Assembly: GCF_009834535.1 (NCBI RefSeq)
Contig: NC_045696.1
Span: 3,040,001 to 3,104,000, forward strand
Direction: 5' to 3'
Origin: Camelus ferus
Taxonomy: Eukaryota
DNA: 64,000 nt
Each line of letters starts with the position of its first letter. Within the stretch, counting starts at the first letter, position 1. The notes beneath the pieces are model-generated. The model saw nothing but the letters and a program-made list of their open reading frames with translations. It had not been told where the DNA came from and made no database searches. Made by a program: the position numbers and the translations under genes. Below, piece after piece: positions 1 to 13,120 of this stretch.

Positions 1-1090
1 AAGGCTCAGCACGGAGGCGGGAAAGCAAAGCCAAGAACGTCTCTGAGAAAGCTCAGGAAAAGAACAAAGACGCAGGCAGGCAAGGAAAACAGAAAATTGA
101 AGGATTAATCCAGAGAGCTACACCTCTGACTAGTAAGTTTTCCAGAAGACAAAAACAGGAAGGGAAACCTGTCAAAGAGAAGACAGGGCGCACGTCCCAG
201 GGATGGAGGGCCTGTGTTTCCAGACGGGGCGGGACCCCGGGTGCCCGGCGCGCAGGGACGAGGGGGAGCCGCAGAGACAGAGAGGTGAGCCTGGAGGTCT
301 CCCAGGGAAGAGAGCAGGGGCGAGAGGTCAGAAGCGGAGGCCTGGCCGAGGATGACAGTGGGGCTCTCCGTGGTGGAGATGGGAGCTGGATGACACTGGA
401 ATTCGGAAGAAAAAGAACTTTCAACCAAGACCTCTAGATCCAGACAGACTATCCATCAGGCGAGAGCTGAATCCAGACCCCTCCCCAGCGCTCCCGGGCT
501 GTGCCCTGCAACCCACTACTCAGGAGGCCACGAGAAGACGTTTCCCACCAAAGAGGAGTCATGAACACGGGATCTGGAGAGCAGGGGTCCACCGCGGGGG
601 AGACGGAAGGGATTCACAAGCTGCGGCGTGACAGCAGCTCTGGGATGAGGGCCACGCAGCAGGTGAGAGTGAAGCCGGGCAGCACGTGGCTGCGGTGGAC
701 AGAAAGGCGCAGCTGTGACAGAAATGCCAACCAAAGGGCAGGTGAGGCATTCGATATTTTGGAGAAAAACAAAAATGTGCACGTTAAGGATGTGTAGTTA
801 AGGTTTATTTCTTGGCTCAAGAGTGAGCGACATTAAAGAGACAGGGTGGTGAAGGAGCCGACGGGGACGGAGCAGGGGCCGCACCTTCCTCACCAGGAGG
901 ACAACACGGAAGGTCAAGAAACGTGTGACCGTGCATGGAGGAGACGAGAGAGCACAGCCGGCAGTGACAGCTTCTAGAAAGAGGGGCTGGGGGGTGGGGG
1001 CGGGAATGCCATTCTGCATTATGATAAGTTTTGACGTCTATCTGGTTTCTAAAGTTACGTTATGCTTTACTTTGATAAAATGAAAATGAC
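1..1090 (+). mobile_element. Possible ancient L1M ORF1-region remnant
   Basis: Purine-rich text with aactttcaaccaagacctctagatccagacagactatc, which resembles the end of an old L1 ORF1. Highly decayed. Confidence 0.35.
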
Positions 1091-3535
1091 CTTGAAGAAG
1101 TTCTGGGCTCTCTAACTGCTCTGCATAAACATGGAGCCAGCAAGCCCTGCGGCCGCGGAGGCGCGGCTCTAATCCCACAAAGGCGCCCAGCAGATAAACC
1201 TGTGTCACCGGGACCGGCTGGCCCTGGTGACTTGCGAGAGGGCCCTGGCTTATTTACAGGTAGTCAAGCTTCGCCTCCATCGAAACCGGTATTTCCAATA
1301 CTTAGTAAACACAGCGGGCGAACTCCCCGGTGGACAGCAGCCCTGCGGGGAACTGCGCACGTTTCCACCCGAGCCCGGCTTTGCTTCCGCCAGCTGGGCA
1401 GCGCTCCCGCAGAGAACCAGGCCGTCTCCCCGACGGCCGCCGGAGAGGTCAGAGAGGCTGAGCCGCCCGGCTTCCGTGGGGGTGCTGGGAGCCGTGCCCC
1501 GCCACCGGCTCAGAGCCCGCCCCGTTTACAGACGCAGGACACCCCGAGCCACAGACTTCTGCTTCCCTCTAGCTCTGAGAAAAATATCAAGAAAAATGTG
1601 TTTTTCCCTAATTCATACTTTCCTTCATTTTAACCCCCACTCCTCTGCTTTAAAATGCAATCAGGGCCCCCAGCCAAGCTCCAAATTTGCTTTAAGAAAA
1701 GGGTTTCTCAGCGGGAGCTGGACTGACCCACAGACAGGCCTGTGTGGGACAGAAGCAGAGAGAAATGTCCTGTCCAGAGCCCACGAGAACCGCGCTCGGC
1801 CCAGGGCTCCCCCTGCTGCGCGGCTTCCAGGCCGGGGAAGCTTCTTGCTAACATAGTGTGGCACCAGCAGGGACTGGGGTACCCGCCACCCCAGGCGGGC
1901 GGGCCTGTCCTGGCGAGCCGGGTGGGCAGTGGGTCGCCCAGGGCCTCTGTGACCCGAGCCCTCACCCGGGAACCCAGTAGCCGGACAAGAGACCAGCTGC
2001 CTGGCCTGTGGGCGAGTCCTGAGTCTCAGGGCTGCCAGGTAGTTCCCTCCTCACCCTCCTCCTGAGCATCTGCTCTGTCCCGGCCTCCCCCTTGTGCTGA
2101 GAACACAGCAGAGAACAAAATCGCTCCTGTCCTTGCGGGGCTTCCACTCTGCTGGAAGCTGCAGGGAGAGAGGACGGCACAAGACAGGAGGATGGTGCCT
2201 GGAGGACAGTGGACCAGAGGAGAGTCCCTGAGCCTGCGTGGGGAGCGTCCATGCACCCAAACGGGGTGGGTGAGGGGTCCCAGTGAGAGGCTGATACCTA
2301 GGGTGAAGACTCTCTGTGGGTGGAGCCCCTCCCTCAGCATGGGGGTGGTGGCGGGAAGCGAGCTGAGGCCCATGGGGACCAGGCGCGAGTTTCGGGGGAG
2401 CAGCCGGGAGGCCGGGTGGCGGTAGCAGGAGGAGAGCAGGGTTGGGGGGAGGACTTCAGTCCTGGCATCAGTCAGACAGCAGTGGGTGTCTAGAAGTGGA
2501 CCGGGGCTGTTTCTACGTGGCTCGGATGATGGGCCTCAGGAAGACAGGACAGAGGCATCTCCTGGTGCAGAAGGAGAGCCTGAAGGCCAGGCTTGGGGGG
2601 ACCTGCACCACAGACCCGCCGTCGTCTGGCAAGCGTTGGGTTTCCCTGCTCTGAGCTGCTCCAGACCCAGGGCCCTCCCCACCTGGCCTGCCTGCTCTCT
2701 CACTGCCTCCCTGCGTCAGGAGCCTGGGGCAGCGGGGACACACCAGCATGCCACCCAAGAGCCTCCCGAGCAGCCGTGGGGGCCACAGTAGGCGGCCCCC
2801 CGAGCTTCAGGTCCCACGTCTCCAGAGAGGGGCCGGCACACAACACAGGGCCGGGCAGGCAGGGCTCGTGCAGGCAGAGCCAAGGGCCGTCCCAGTGCAC
2901 CTGCTCCTCACGTGAGGCTGGGGACAGTCAAGGACGCCGCTGTCAGCCTTCAGACTCACTGATCAGGACAGGCTTGCTGGGTACCAGGTCCCGGCCACCC
3001 AGCTCGGGGACGGGGAGGGGGTGAGATGTTCATTTCACCCCCTTTCTTTCCTCCAGCATATGCTACTGTGTCCTCTCCAAGACCCTTCAGGGGCTGGAAA
3101 GATGGGCATCTTGTATGCTTCAGGACCCAGCAGTTTACCTGTCATTCATGTTTGAGTTAAGATGCTGTCCTCATTGGAATAACAGTGACTAACAGTCAGT
3201 GTCTCAGTGGCCCGTGGGCCATAGTTCGCCAATCACTGGCTCAGATGAAAACCCTGCGGACGGTCCTTTCACACCAAGGAAAACCTGTCCTTCTGGCCAC
3301 ACGCCCATACCTCCTCTGGAGCCATCCGACCAAAGAGGACCAGAGTGCCACCTGCCTGTGTCCCCTGGGTTTCGACGTGCTTTTGATCTGCTTGTATTTT
3401 AAGAAGGCCAGCCGGTCCTAGAATCGCCAAAGCAACCACGACCCTGGGCATCCGTTAATGAGGACAATTAGGATGTGCTGATGCGGCCTCCCCTCCGACC
3501 ACAGTTAACCTCTGAGGCTAAAAACCCCCACACAC

Positions 3536-3614
3536 CTACAGACCCAGTCCCATCGATGATGGCAGTCACGGTGGCCAGAGCATGCGCGTTTCCTTTCAGG
3601 CTTTTGTGAGTCCC
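3536..3614 (-). CDS. SLC37A1: SLC37A1 exon 17, 79 nt (GTHKSLKGNAHALATVTAIIDGTGSV)
   Basis: ctccag|GGG ... GTAG|gtgtgt. Contains the conserved TAIIDGTGS motif. Last coding exon in the window. Confidence 0.95.
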
Positions 3615-4442
3615 CTGGAGGAGAAAGAAAGCCAGTGTGAAACACGTCCCTGCAACATCAGAGCGAGAACCGATCTGTGTCTTCTACGTGACAATTTACC
3701 CAAACTGCTTCGCAAAGCAAGGCGTGGGGTACTTCCGTCAGAAGATTCAAGCTCCACACCATCCCAAACGTGCCTTGGAAAAGTATGCCAGGTTTCACGT
3801 GTTTTTAATATTTAAAAAAATGAACAGAAATACTTGTCCAAATGTATTCCAGTTAAAAGAAGTCTTAAAATTCTCCTCAATAAAGAAATCTTTACTCGGC
3901 ACAGCCACCCTCTTCACAACGCGGAGATCAACGCGGAAACCACAAGGTGAGTGGGGCTCATCGGGTCCCTGGCCGGGCCGGCGTGCGCGCCCGCGGCCAC
4001 GGCTCTGCTGGGGATGCTCTCCGGCCACGCGCGCGGCAGCTCTGCAGCGTCTAAAAATCAGCCCGTGGGGCGGTAAACGCCAGGGAGGATGGGCGGGTGG
4101 GCGGGGCCCAAGAAACCAACGTACAGGGCAGAAGTTCTACGTGAAAAACCAGCAGGAGCTCTGGTTTTCAAAAAGCCACACAGATCAGGTTGAGGGAGAA
4201 ACACAAACTGAGAACAATAAAAGGAAAAGCTAAATGAGGAAAAATAATGCCCAGAAGCCTAAAACTATAAGAATAAACCAAAGCTTGTAAAATACGAGTG
4301 CTTGTGTGTGCGTGTGCATATAGCATAAAATAGAGCACGTGGAAGAACCCCCTACAGTGGGTGAAGCGCCCCCACCCCTGTGCCCTCTAACCCCACGGGG
4401 CAGACACGCCGTGTGCGCTCCGCCCAGGCTGCGCGCGCTCAC

Positions 4443-4516
4443 CAGGTCGGCGGAGACAGCGGTGGTGATGAGCGCGTACGGCCCACTGACCAGGGCCCCG
4501 CAGAGCAGCAGCATGG
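4443..4516 (-). CDS. SLC37A1: SLC37A1 exon 16, 74 nt (AMLLLCGALVSGPYALITTAVSADL)
   Basis: ctctacag|CC ... CTG|gtgagc. Inside ORF 4230..4559(-). Confidence 0.96.
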
Positions 4517-5675
4517 CTGTAGAGAACAGACCGGGGAGAGAGGGGCGGTTAGCAAGCACGACAGGGCCCCCGGGAGAGCCCCCGCAGTCTTAGCACCCCG
4601 CATCACACGTGGGTGCTGCCCTGAGTGGAAGGCAAGCAGGTGCCGGTCTACCCTCCTCCCCAGAGCGGTCACCGCTGGGGCAAGAGTCACAAACTGCTCC
4701 TTTAAACTTGCCCCAGGGTACGTTTTGTAAGTTCAATCACGCTTTCCCAGAGGTTCAAGCTATGTTCAGAGGAGCCGGTACCCCGTTTGCTGAATCTCAA
4801 TGGGCAGCAGCTGTTGTCACAGAGAGGGAGCGAGAGCCTGGGGCACCGAGCACAGACGTGACCACAGGCGTGGCCAGGGGAGCGCCTGCTCCTTGTCGTC
4901 CGGTGGCCCTGGATGCTGACGCCAGCCACGGTCTCACCTGCAGCGGAACGGCTTCCTCTCTGCACTCACTGCTGCTCACGGCAGCCCCCAAGGGGGCCCC
5001 GGAGCCCCAGCGCGGCTGAGCTGCTCACGGGCGGGACAGCCCTGCCCGTTTCTGAGATGCGGTCTCCTAGCCTCTGGCTCACTCCCCCAGCCATCCTCTG
5101 GTTCACATTCCTCTGTGCAGAAGATTCTGGACCCAAGGGTCATAGGAAACTCCAGGATCCTCTTGCACCCGCAAGCTGCCCCCTGAGTAACGTTTCATGG
5201 GATCCCACACGGCCCCCTCTGATCCCCACTGCTGCCTTGTCAGAACAGAAGAAATGTTCACTAAGTGTCACAGCCATAATTCGATAGCACTACTTGCAGG
5301 AAGTTGGAAATAGTCCTCCAGCGTGATGCCCAGAATGGCGGCTGCCAGAGCCAGCTGAGAGGGCCGGCTCCCCGGGGCTCGGCAGGCTGGAGGTGCAGCC
5401 CCGCCTGCTGCCCGCTCCTCACCAGGGGCGGCCAGGGCGCATCACCGCCCCAGACCAGGGGCCTGCACTCTCCCACGCTTGCCCTTAAACCTGCCGACTG
5501 TCAAGCCTCAAGTCTGGGAGCAGGAAGTCCCAAAGCCCCACCCAGAGGGACTTGGCAAAGACTTCAGCTACACTATACCAGCTGCATGCTTCTTGCTGAT
5601 TTTTTGTTTCATTTCACAAAGCTGTGTGGATGAAAAAATGCAGTGTGAAAGGAAGGAAAGGGCTCATCAACTCAC

Positions 5676-5724
5676 CTACAGTGGCTTCCAGACCCATTTT
5701 GCTGATGGCGGAGAATACGTACAG
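5676..5724 (-). CDS. SLC37A1: SLC37A1 exon 15, 49 nt (LYVFSAISKMGLEATV)
   Basis: ttcacag|CTG ... GTAG|gtgagt. Confidence 0.93.
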
Positions 5725-6785
5725 CTGTGAATAGGGAAAAAGAGGGTAAAGACAACTGGTTTGCTACGAGTGGCTGAGAGATTGCCAGGAATCTCTATTT
5801 CTGAAAAGTGATTCTCAGGCAGCCAATCAGAGAGTGGACACCCTCCAAAAAGCAGGATGGCCAGGCCACCCCAGCAGACTGTCTAAGGACAGGCGTCGCA
5901 GAGAGCTTGGCACACAGTCCCCAGCCTTGCCCCAGACAGGCAGGGTCTGATCGCCCACGATCTAGGGAGCTCTGGGGGCGCCTCCACTCCGAGGTCCTGG
6001 AGTGAGGCCTTGTTGGGGCCGCCCCGCTGAGCTCTGCGTCTCTAGAGTCTACCCGTCTCCTCCTAGGCCGGCAGACCCAAACAGCCGCGCCCACTGAGGT
6101 GGGGCCCTGGTGGCAAAGGGGCCACGCCCAGCACGTCATCAGCCAAGGTTCTTTGAGTGTCTGTTCTGGGCAGTGTCCATGGCTCCAGGACGGCTGAAGA
6201 CTAGGCTTTGTCTGGGGACAGTCAAGGCCCAGGGGAGTGGCAAACGGGCAAATAACTACAGTGCAAACGGATGAGCAATCCTACGGCTTATGACACGGCT
6301 GCTGTGGGAACGGCCATGATCTGTGATTTTCCACTTGATCCTCACAGTCGCACTGAGGTTTTTCACATGAGGACACCGAGGCGCAGAGGGAGCTACTAAA
6401 TACTTAAAATTAGTGGATGGGCAGGGTTGGTGCTGCCTGGGGAGGGAGGGAAGACAGCAGGGATCCTAAAAAAGTGCAGAAGCCTCTTGAGGGAGGGGAA
6501 GGGTGTCCCAAAGGGAACAGAGCACACGGGCACACGAGAAGCCAAGGGTGAGTGAGGAGCAGCGCGGTGCGCGGTGGGCGGTGCGCGGTGGGCAGCAGGC
6601 AGGGGGAGGGGGGTCCAGCGGGAGAGGGGGGGGCACTGAGCACTGAGTGGGGCGCCGAGGCCATCGCTGGTCCTGGAAACCAGAGCCAGGAGCGGAGCAG
6701 ACGGGAGGGTCTGCCTGTGGGAGGACAAAGGGCTGCGTTTCCACAGGCCCGGGGGCCCGACAAGGCGGTGGGGGCGCGGGCTCAC

Positions 6786-6871
6786 CGTCGGGGCTGCGAG
6801 CAGCAGCATCAGGCCGCAGGTGGAGGCCCTTTTCTCCAGTCGATCTGAGATTACACCCGCCAGGATCCCAC
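6786..6871 (-). CDS. SLC37A1: SLC37A1 exon 14, 86 nt (GILAGVISDRLEKRASTCGLMLLLAAPT)
   Basis: ttgtag|GT ... ACG|gtgagc. Contains the MFS motif-A-like GVISDRLEKR. Confidence 0.96.
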
Positions 6872-7340
6872 CTACAAGGCAGAGGGAGGGCCCTGAGGGG
6901 CTTGCGTCCCCAGGGCAGGACCCCACGGAGCAGCAGCAGAACACGGCTCGCAGAAGCAGTGAGAAGAGTGACCTCCTGGCTGGGCCCTCTGTGCCCACAT
7001 CACCGTTAGCGGGGAGTGGCCTCTGTGGTGCTCGGCCTGGAACCGGCCTTGGTGGCCGTGGTCACATGACCCAGAGCCTCCCCCCGCCCCCAAGTGAAAA
7101 ACAAGGGCGGTCTAGGGCTCAGGTTTCAGGCTGGCCCCAAGGCCCTGCGGCCTGGAAGGGTCCCAACCCTGTCAGCCTGTTGCCTGCCAGGGGCTGCGGA
7201 GCATGGGGTCAAGGCCCAGGATGGGGGGGGAGCCTCCCCGAGAGGCACAGCCCGGCGCCTCCCGGCACTAAGGCAGCTCACAGAGTCAGGGCCACAGGTG
7301 TTCACGCACCACCCACAGAGAACACAGGCAGTGAACTCAC

Positions 7341-7403
7341 CGAAGATGCCGCCCACGTCAAACAAGGTGGAGAGCTCCCCGGCCTTCCTGACATCGAGGT
7401 GAT
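7341..7403 (-). CDS. SLC37A1: SLC37A1 exon 13, 63 nt (DHLDVRKAGELSTLFDVGGIF-G)
   Basis: ttaatag|AT ... TTCG|gtgagt. Inside ORF 7126..7458(-). Confidence 0.94.
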
Positions 7404-9059
7404 CTATTAAAGTGACGACTGGAGTGTCACCGAGGAAGTCACAGTGCAAGACCCACACACAACATTCTGCTGTTCCATAAACATGCCTTCAGTCAGGCAA
7501 CAGTTATTCGCTCAATGATCAGATGAGTATCAAAGTAGCAATCATCAGATCAGAAGGGGAAAAAGGGGTCCGCCATGTGGGTGGATGCACAGAATGGAGG
7601 AGACCTAAACCCTCACCTGCAAAGCGAGGACTCACGTGGCTCAGTCTAACTGCCATCCCGCCTTCGGCTCAGTGTCCCTTCGAGGACAGCAGCAGGGAGG
7701 CGAGACAGGGCCGGTGGAGCCGGCCTCGGGGAGCGGCCGGGGGGCTGCAGGAGCGCCCCTTGACACAGAGCACAAGACCCCCAGAGTTTAGACCTGAAGG
7801 CGCCAGAAGCTCCTCCTCTAGGTGAGAAAGCCCAGGTCTCACCGCGCAGCGCAGGGGTCTCCCTGCCGGACTTCGCACGGGTCCGGAGCTTTCGGGGGGT
7901 TCAAGGCGGCCAACGCCCGGGAGACGAGGTTTGGGAAGCGTCTGGACTGTTCATCAGTCCAGCCCTTCCTAGCGTCCTGAATGGTGCACAGGGCAATCTG
8001 TTCTTTTCAAACAATCACTTAGACTGCAAATGCTAGTCACTTGTGACCTGAGTCCTGTGGTCACAGGAGCGCAGTGCCAGCCCATTGAGGGCCCACCTGT
8101 CTGCACCACGGCAGCTCGCTGGCTGCAAGGAAGGGGTCGTGGGACAGGGAAGGAAGCATGGAATCCCTGGGAGCTCTTTCCTGCCCCTCCCCCCCCACGT
8201 CCCCGCTACCACAGGACGGTCCCCTCACTGCCTCTCCAGCTTCCATCCCTGAGAAACTCAGCCCTCCCGCCTCAGGCTCCGTCCATCTCTGCTGGTCCTC
8301 ATGCCCCTGCTGGGAATACGGGTCTGTCCTCTGGAACCCCCACACCCCAGTTCTCCTCTCTGTCACGTTCACTAGGGCCTGCACCTCCTGGGGACCCTGG
8401 TTTCTTTTCTTTCTCCTCACAAGCCCTGACTCCTGGGCCCAGAGGCTCCAGGCCCTCCCTGACCACCCGTCCCGGTCAGCAGTGGCTGCGGCCCCCGCGC
8501 TCAGGGGCCTGTCCTCTTAGGAGTTGCCGCCTTCCTCCTGTCTCTGCTGCGGGCACGCACGGTCCGGGGAGGGCACGTTACTCCCCAGCTGCTCTGCTCT
8601 GTCATAACCTCCAGCTCCGGCCCCGGCAGGACTTTGGAAGCGGAAGGCAAATTGTCGGCTCCCCTGAAGTTAGAGCTCCCCTCCAGCAGCAGGTTCCAGG
8701 TCAGACGGTTAGGCTCGTATTATCTCAGCTCCCCAGGGCCTCTGCCCTGCTCACCAGCTGCTCTGACCCAAAGTCAACGCAGCCTAAATTCAGACGCAGG
8801 CTGCCCTAGACAGGGAGACCTCACAGAACTGGCAGCCACAGCCGGGACACGACAAGGTGATCATTATGGCAATTACACGTCCACACTTGAGTTCTTTCTG
8901 TCTATACGTTCCTACTCATCACGCAGTCTGACTCCAACGTCTGTCTCCCGGGCATCAGGCTCGCGCTCCCTTCCAAGACTCAAGACCTGAGGATAAGGGG
9001 GCTCCGTCCGACGCAGTCACTGCGAACAGCCGCGCGTCCTGCAGGCAGCAGGTACTCAC

Positions 9060-9150
9060 CCACGTTTGTGATGTACAGCGGAAGCCAGAAGAGGAAAGTG
9101 TAGCTGACCAACTTTGCAAATAGCAAACACAGAGAGAACTCTATCACGCC
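9060..9150 (-). CDS. SLC37A1: SLC37A1 exon 12, 91 nt (GVIEFSLCLLFAKLVSYTFLFWLPLYITNV)
   Basis: ctctttcag|GGC ... GTGG|gtgagt. Confidence 0.96.
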
Positions 9151-11258
9151 CTGAAAGAGAGAGGGGGCCGGTGTTTACCCCAGAGTGTACTCGGCAGGTT
9201 TGCTGAAATATGCAACAGAATTACAAAGTACTTCATTCTCCTAAAAACAGCCCCCCCAGATGCCCGGGTACCGCACCGCTGTGGAGGGCAACCTGCGATG
9301 GGAGGGACCGCACAGCCGACCGACGTAGCCTCTTACAGCACATGACTACCTGTTAACTGAAACCTCAAGTCTTTCCATCAGACCAGGATCCATAAAAAAC
9401 ACTGATTTGATTCTCATACCGCAGGGCCCTGAAACAAGCCGTGAAAGTTCTCAAAGAGCAAGGCTGCACACAGCGCGCGGTCAGCTAGTTACCACGTATT
9501 TAGCGGCTATGTCTTTTCCCCCTAAAACTGCAATCACTGCGAATTACACAGACACCTGGAAACACAGTGCAGACACCCGACCATCTGGTACGACACACAG
9601 GCGACTGCCACCTGCCTGGGACTGAGCAAACCTGTGGTGCTGGAGAAACACCCAGAAAGAGGAGTGTGGGTCCCGGTGAGGAACCTGGTCTGGAGTCATG
9701 GCTACTGTGAAACGTTCCTTTTTACCTCTGCTTTTAGAGAGACAGCAGTTCCAGACAGCACGTGGCAGATGTGAGTGGCCCTCCAGGTGTGAGTGCAGAG
9801 TTGTGAACACACACCAAATCTGGGCAGAGAACACAACGTGCAATTTGTGTGCGTGCTGCATGCTCCACAGTCACCCCGGGAGGCGTGTGATGGCCCGTGC
9901 GCTTCCGCGTGCCTGCCATCGCGCTTGGTGTGAGGATAACGATCCCACTGGACTCCAGAACAGCATGGAGTTCTCAGAGCAGCGTGAACGAGGGCACCGA
10001 GCCTGCACGACAGGCGAGGAAATGGGGGCCCAGAGTGGTCACCACACTTGCTGGGCACAGCCCGCTCGTGGTGGCAGGGCCAGGCCTGCTGCTGTCCCCA
10101 GTGCGCCCTACTTTGAGCAGCGGTATTTGAGGCTGCTACACAGTAAGGTGCAACGTAAAAGTCACTAGCTGTTAACAACATTTAAAAATAACTTCATTTA
10201 GAAGCAGTATCTCCTCCAGGCCAGCCCACAGGGGTCTTTTTTAGGGACTCTGGGAGTCCAGGCCAGGCCTTCAATGTCCTCCTGTCTGGAGACCAGCTGC
10301 AGGGTCCCCGCAGGGCCAGTTTCGTCTGGGTGCTGGCGGCACTATCTGTTCTGAAGTGGAAGTTCTAAGTTCTTTCATTTGACTGATGTGGTTCTAAGGC
10401 TCTGGGTGCCCTGTTTACGTTTCCAGCCTCACACGGTCCCTAAGGAGCCCCTGGGTCAGTGTTCCCTCTGCCCTCCCAGCCTCTGAGGCCAGCATCGGGG
10501 AAGGTCCTGCCGGCATGGGAGTGACACCAGCTCCTCCGAACAGGCGCCCAAGGGCAGCCCCCTGAGCGTGGTGCAGGTGTGCCCCTCCTGCCGTTCTGCT
10601 CCGGGCCCCCGCCTTTCCCCGCACCCCCCCCACAGAACGCAGCTTTGAAGAGTCCTCTGCATGGCTCCCTAGGTTCTCTGCTGCGGGGGCCCATGGACGT
10701 CATACAAGAAAACCTGCAGCAAAGAAATCTCATCATTGCACGGCTCCCCCAACCTGGACCGGAACACTTTTCCCTTGATTTCCTTCACACCCTGATTATA
10801 TGTATATCACGCACCCCCATCAGCCCAGAGTCGGGCCGGCTGCCTCCTCCAGACCAGCACACCTGATTTTCAAACACAGAACAAGCTGGGTTCCGAGGAC
10901 CATCAGCTCTCTGCGTCCAGGCAGGCTCGTCTCCCTGGTCTCTGCACGTCCCTTCACTCCTCCTGCCCTGCCGGCCCACAGGTCAATCAGACCAGGACTG
11001 TGCTCCTAAAAGCACTGTGGCAGGTTAAGAAAATCAAGGTGGGCCCACCCAAGCCATAGAGCAGAAGGAGGGGGTGGTGACTCCCCAGGGTTTCAGGGCA
11101 GGCCAGGGATGGGGGGCCCAGGGGTGGGGAGGATGGGGCCACAGGGGTGCAGGCCCAGTGGAGCCAGAATTTCTGATGTTTCAAGTGAAGACAGGACGGC
11201 CTGCTGTTTGTCTATGAAATTTGTGAATTTCTAAATGGAGACAACCAATTTCAAAATT

Positions 11259-11354
11259 ATACATACGTATTTAAGTTTATATATACACGTGTGTATATAC
11301 ATGTGTATATTTAAATACATATATACATATGTGTGTGTGTGCGTGTATGTACAT
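11259..11354. repeat. TA/TG alternating low-complexity repeat
   Basis: atatacacgtgtgtatatacatgtgtatat...tgtgtgtgtgtgcgtgtatgtaca. Confidence 0.8.
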
Positions 11355-11567
11355 ATTTCGTAACTACTGGGAGGCAAAGGCGGCAGCCTTACTCGGTCCC
11401 GAGCCGAGCTGTCTGCGGCTGCCGGTCCCTGCTGGCTCTGGGCCTCTAACTTATGGGTTATACAGTCACGGATTTCTTTTCCAAGCTTGATTGTCAGCAG
11501 GCCAGTTTCTGTTCATGGTAAGTACAAATGCCCCTTTTTGAAACCCCTCCCAGGCCCAGGTACTCAC

Positions 11568-11699
11568 AGGGATTTTCAAGGCCCCAGTGAAGCTGATGGC
11601 GGCCATGCCGCCCCCGCCATCGGCCGGGAGAATGACCACGTGGTTCTGGTGGCCGGAGTGCTTTCCGTCCGACAGCAGTAAGCACTGCATCTCTGGGTC
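11568..11699 (-). CDS. SLC37A1: SLC37A1 exon 11, 132 nt (DPEMQCLLLSDGKHSGHQNHVVILPADGGGGMAAISFTGALKIP)
   Basis: tctccag|GAC ... CCT|gtgagt. Overlaps ORF 11466..11690(-). Confidence 0.95.
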
Positions 11700-11849
11700 C
11701 TGGAGACAAATCCCGTTGGGAAAAGGAAAGAAAAGGTGTTACCCGGTAGCCCATCCGGTTGGGGCGAGCTCTGCTAATGGTCCTGGGGACGCCTCGTAAA
11801 ACATGCTCACTGTGGGCATTCACGGAGTTTTAGGAAATACTAACTAAAA

Positions 11850-12290
11850 ACAGGCAAAGCCCTTTGACCAACAATTCTAGGAATCCATTTGCGAAAAATA
11901 ATTTGAGAAGTGGAAAAATACTCGTACAATAAAATTAATGTCACACCAACAGTGAGAAAAACTGCTGAAGTACATCCACATAAATGACGTACAAAAAGCT
12001 GAGATTTGACGGTCTGGGAAGTGCTTATGAGAGGTCAGGTAACAGAACATCATCCAAAACCACGTTCTCACTCTGATCTCACAGCACGTTCATGCTTAAA
12101 TGTGCACCTGTGTAAGTGGGTAACTAGAGGATCTATTCAGAGAAGAAAAGAGGCTAAATTCTAAACCGATAGTGGTTGTCACTGAGTAGTGGAATTAACG
12201 TGTAATTTTTATGGAAATGTCGGGAAATTTTTTACATGATCCTGAATTTTTTAAGGAGTTCATAATGGACATAAATGATCAGAAACGTTA
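11850..12290 (+). mobile_element. Possible ancient L1ME 3' fragment
   Basis: AT-rich block with cctttgacc..aattctaggaat and atagtggttgtcactgagtagtggaatta. Confidence 0.4.
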
Positions 12291-12983
12291 CTTTAAAATT
12301 CAAAAACCAATTCCAATATTTCGTAAATTCTGATTCTGGACGTCCCTAAAGGGCAAAGTTTACCTTTATGAAAGTAAAGAACAGTGGTCTCCAGCTGACG
12401 GTGGAGTATCAAGTCAGAGCAAGGATGATCTAAAAACGCCTTTCATGAGTGCACTAGGGAGTCAGGGCTTTGGAAAGAAATGTTTCTATGGAGTTCAGAC
12501 TTTCCATGAAATCAAATAGGTTTTATTGTATTTATCTCAGTGTAATCTACTCAAGACGGATTCCAAATGCAGTAAAAAAAAAAAAAAGAAAGTGGTAATG
12601 GATCATCATATCCGTCTCTTGATATGACAGTTCTCTTCCAGTGAAAGGCAGAAATGTGGACAACAGTGGCAGGCTGCAGCAACCGTGGTCCACCAGGAGC
12701 TGAGGGCCCAGCGCCTCTCGGGCAGCAAGAGCTGTGGCACCAGGATGCCCGGCTCCTGCCGTCACTCGGGCGTCCGGCCCAGAGCTGGCCATTGGTGGAC
12801 ACGGTCACGTATCACCACATGTCTGATGTGCCAGAACGCAGATGCCAACCCCCGGTGAGAAAGCAGAATATCTTCTGATGACAGTTCTACAAAGTCATTG
12901 GAAAAGAGACCAAAGATTTGAGTTTGGAAATAAACTCTTCTCTCGTGAATTACGCCGGCTACCCAGTGTAGGAGACAAAAATC

Positions 12984-13120
12984 AATAGTTCTCAACCCTG
13001 GCTAAACGCTGGACTCTCCAGTGAGAGAGCCCGCTGCCCAGCTGCATTCCAGGTTGGATAGAGCAGTCTCTGTTCAGACCCCGGGGGAGTCCAATGTGTA
13101 GTCAAAGCTGAGAACCGCAG
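12984..13120. mobile_element. MER5-like hAT-Charlie MITE
   Basis: Terminal inverted repeats caatagttctcaacc ... gctgagaaccgc. Confidence 0.6.

Noticed and set aside
1202..1856. 143-aa and 209-aa plus-strand ORFs
   Set aside because: Non-ATG starts and no recognisable protein; intronic antisense noise.
1..3535. Search for the remaining SLC37A1 exons (expected GAALGPLLAG... onward)
   Set aside because: Not found. This fits the window ending inside an intron and is not evidence of truncation or pseudogenisation.
8030..8809. 259-aa plus-strand ORF
   Set aside because: Low-complexity Pro/Ser translation of GC-rich intron 12, with no family resemblance.
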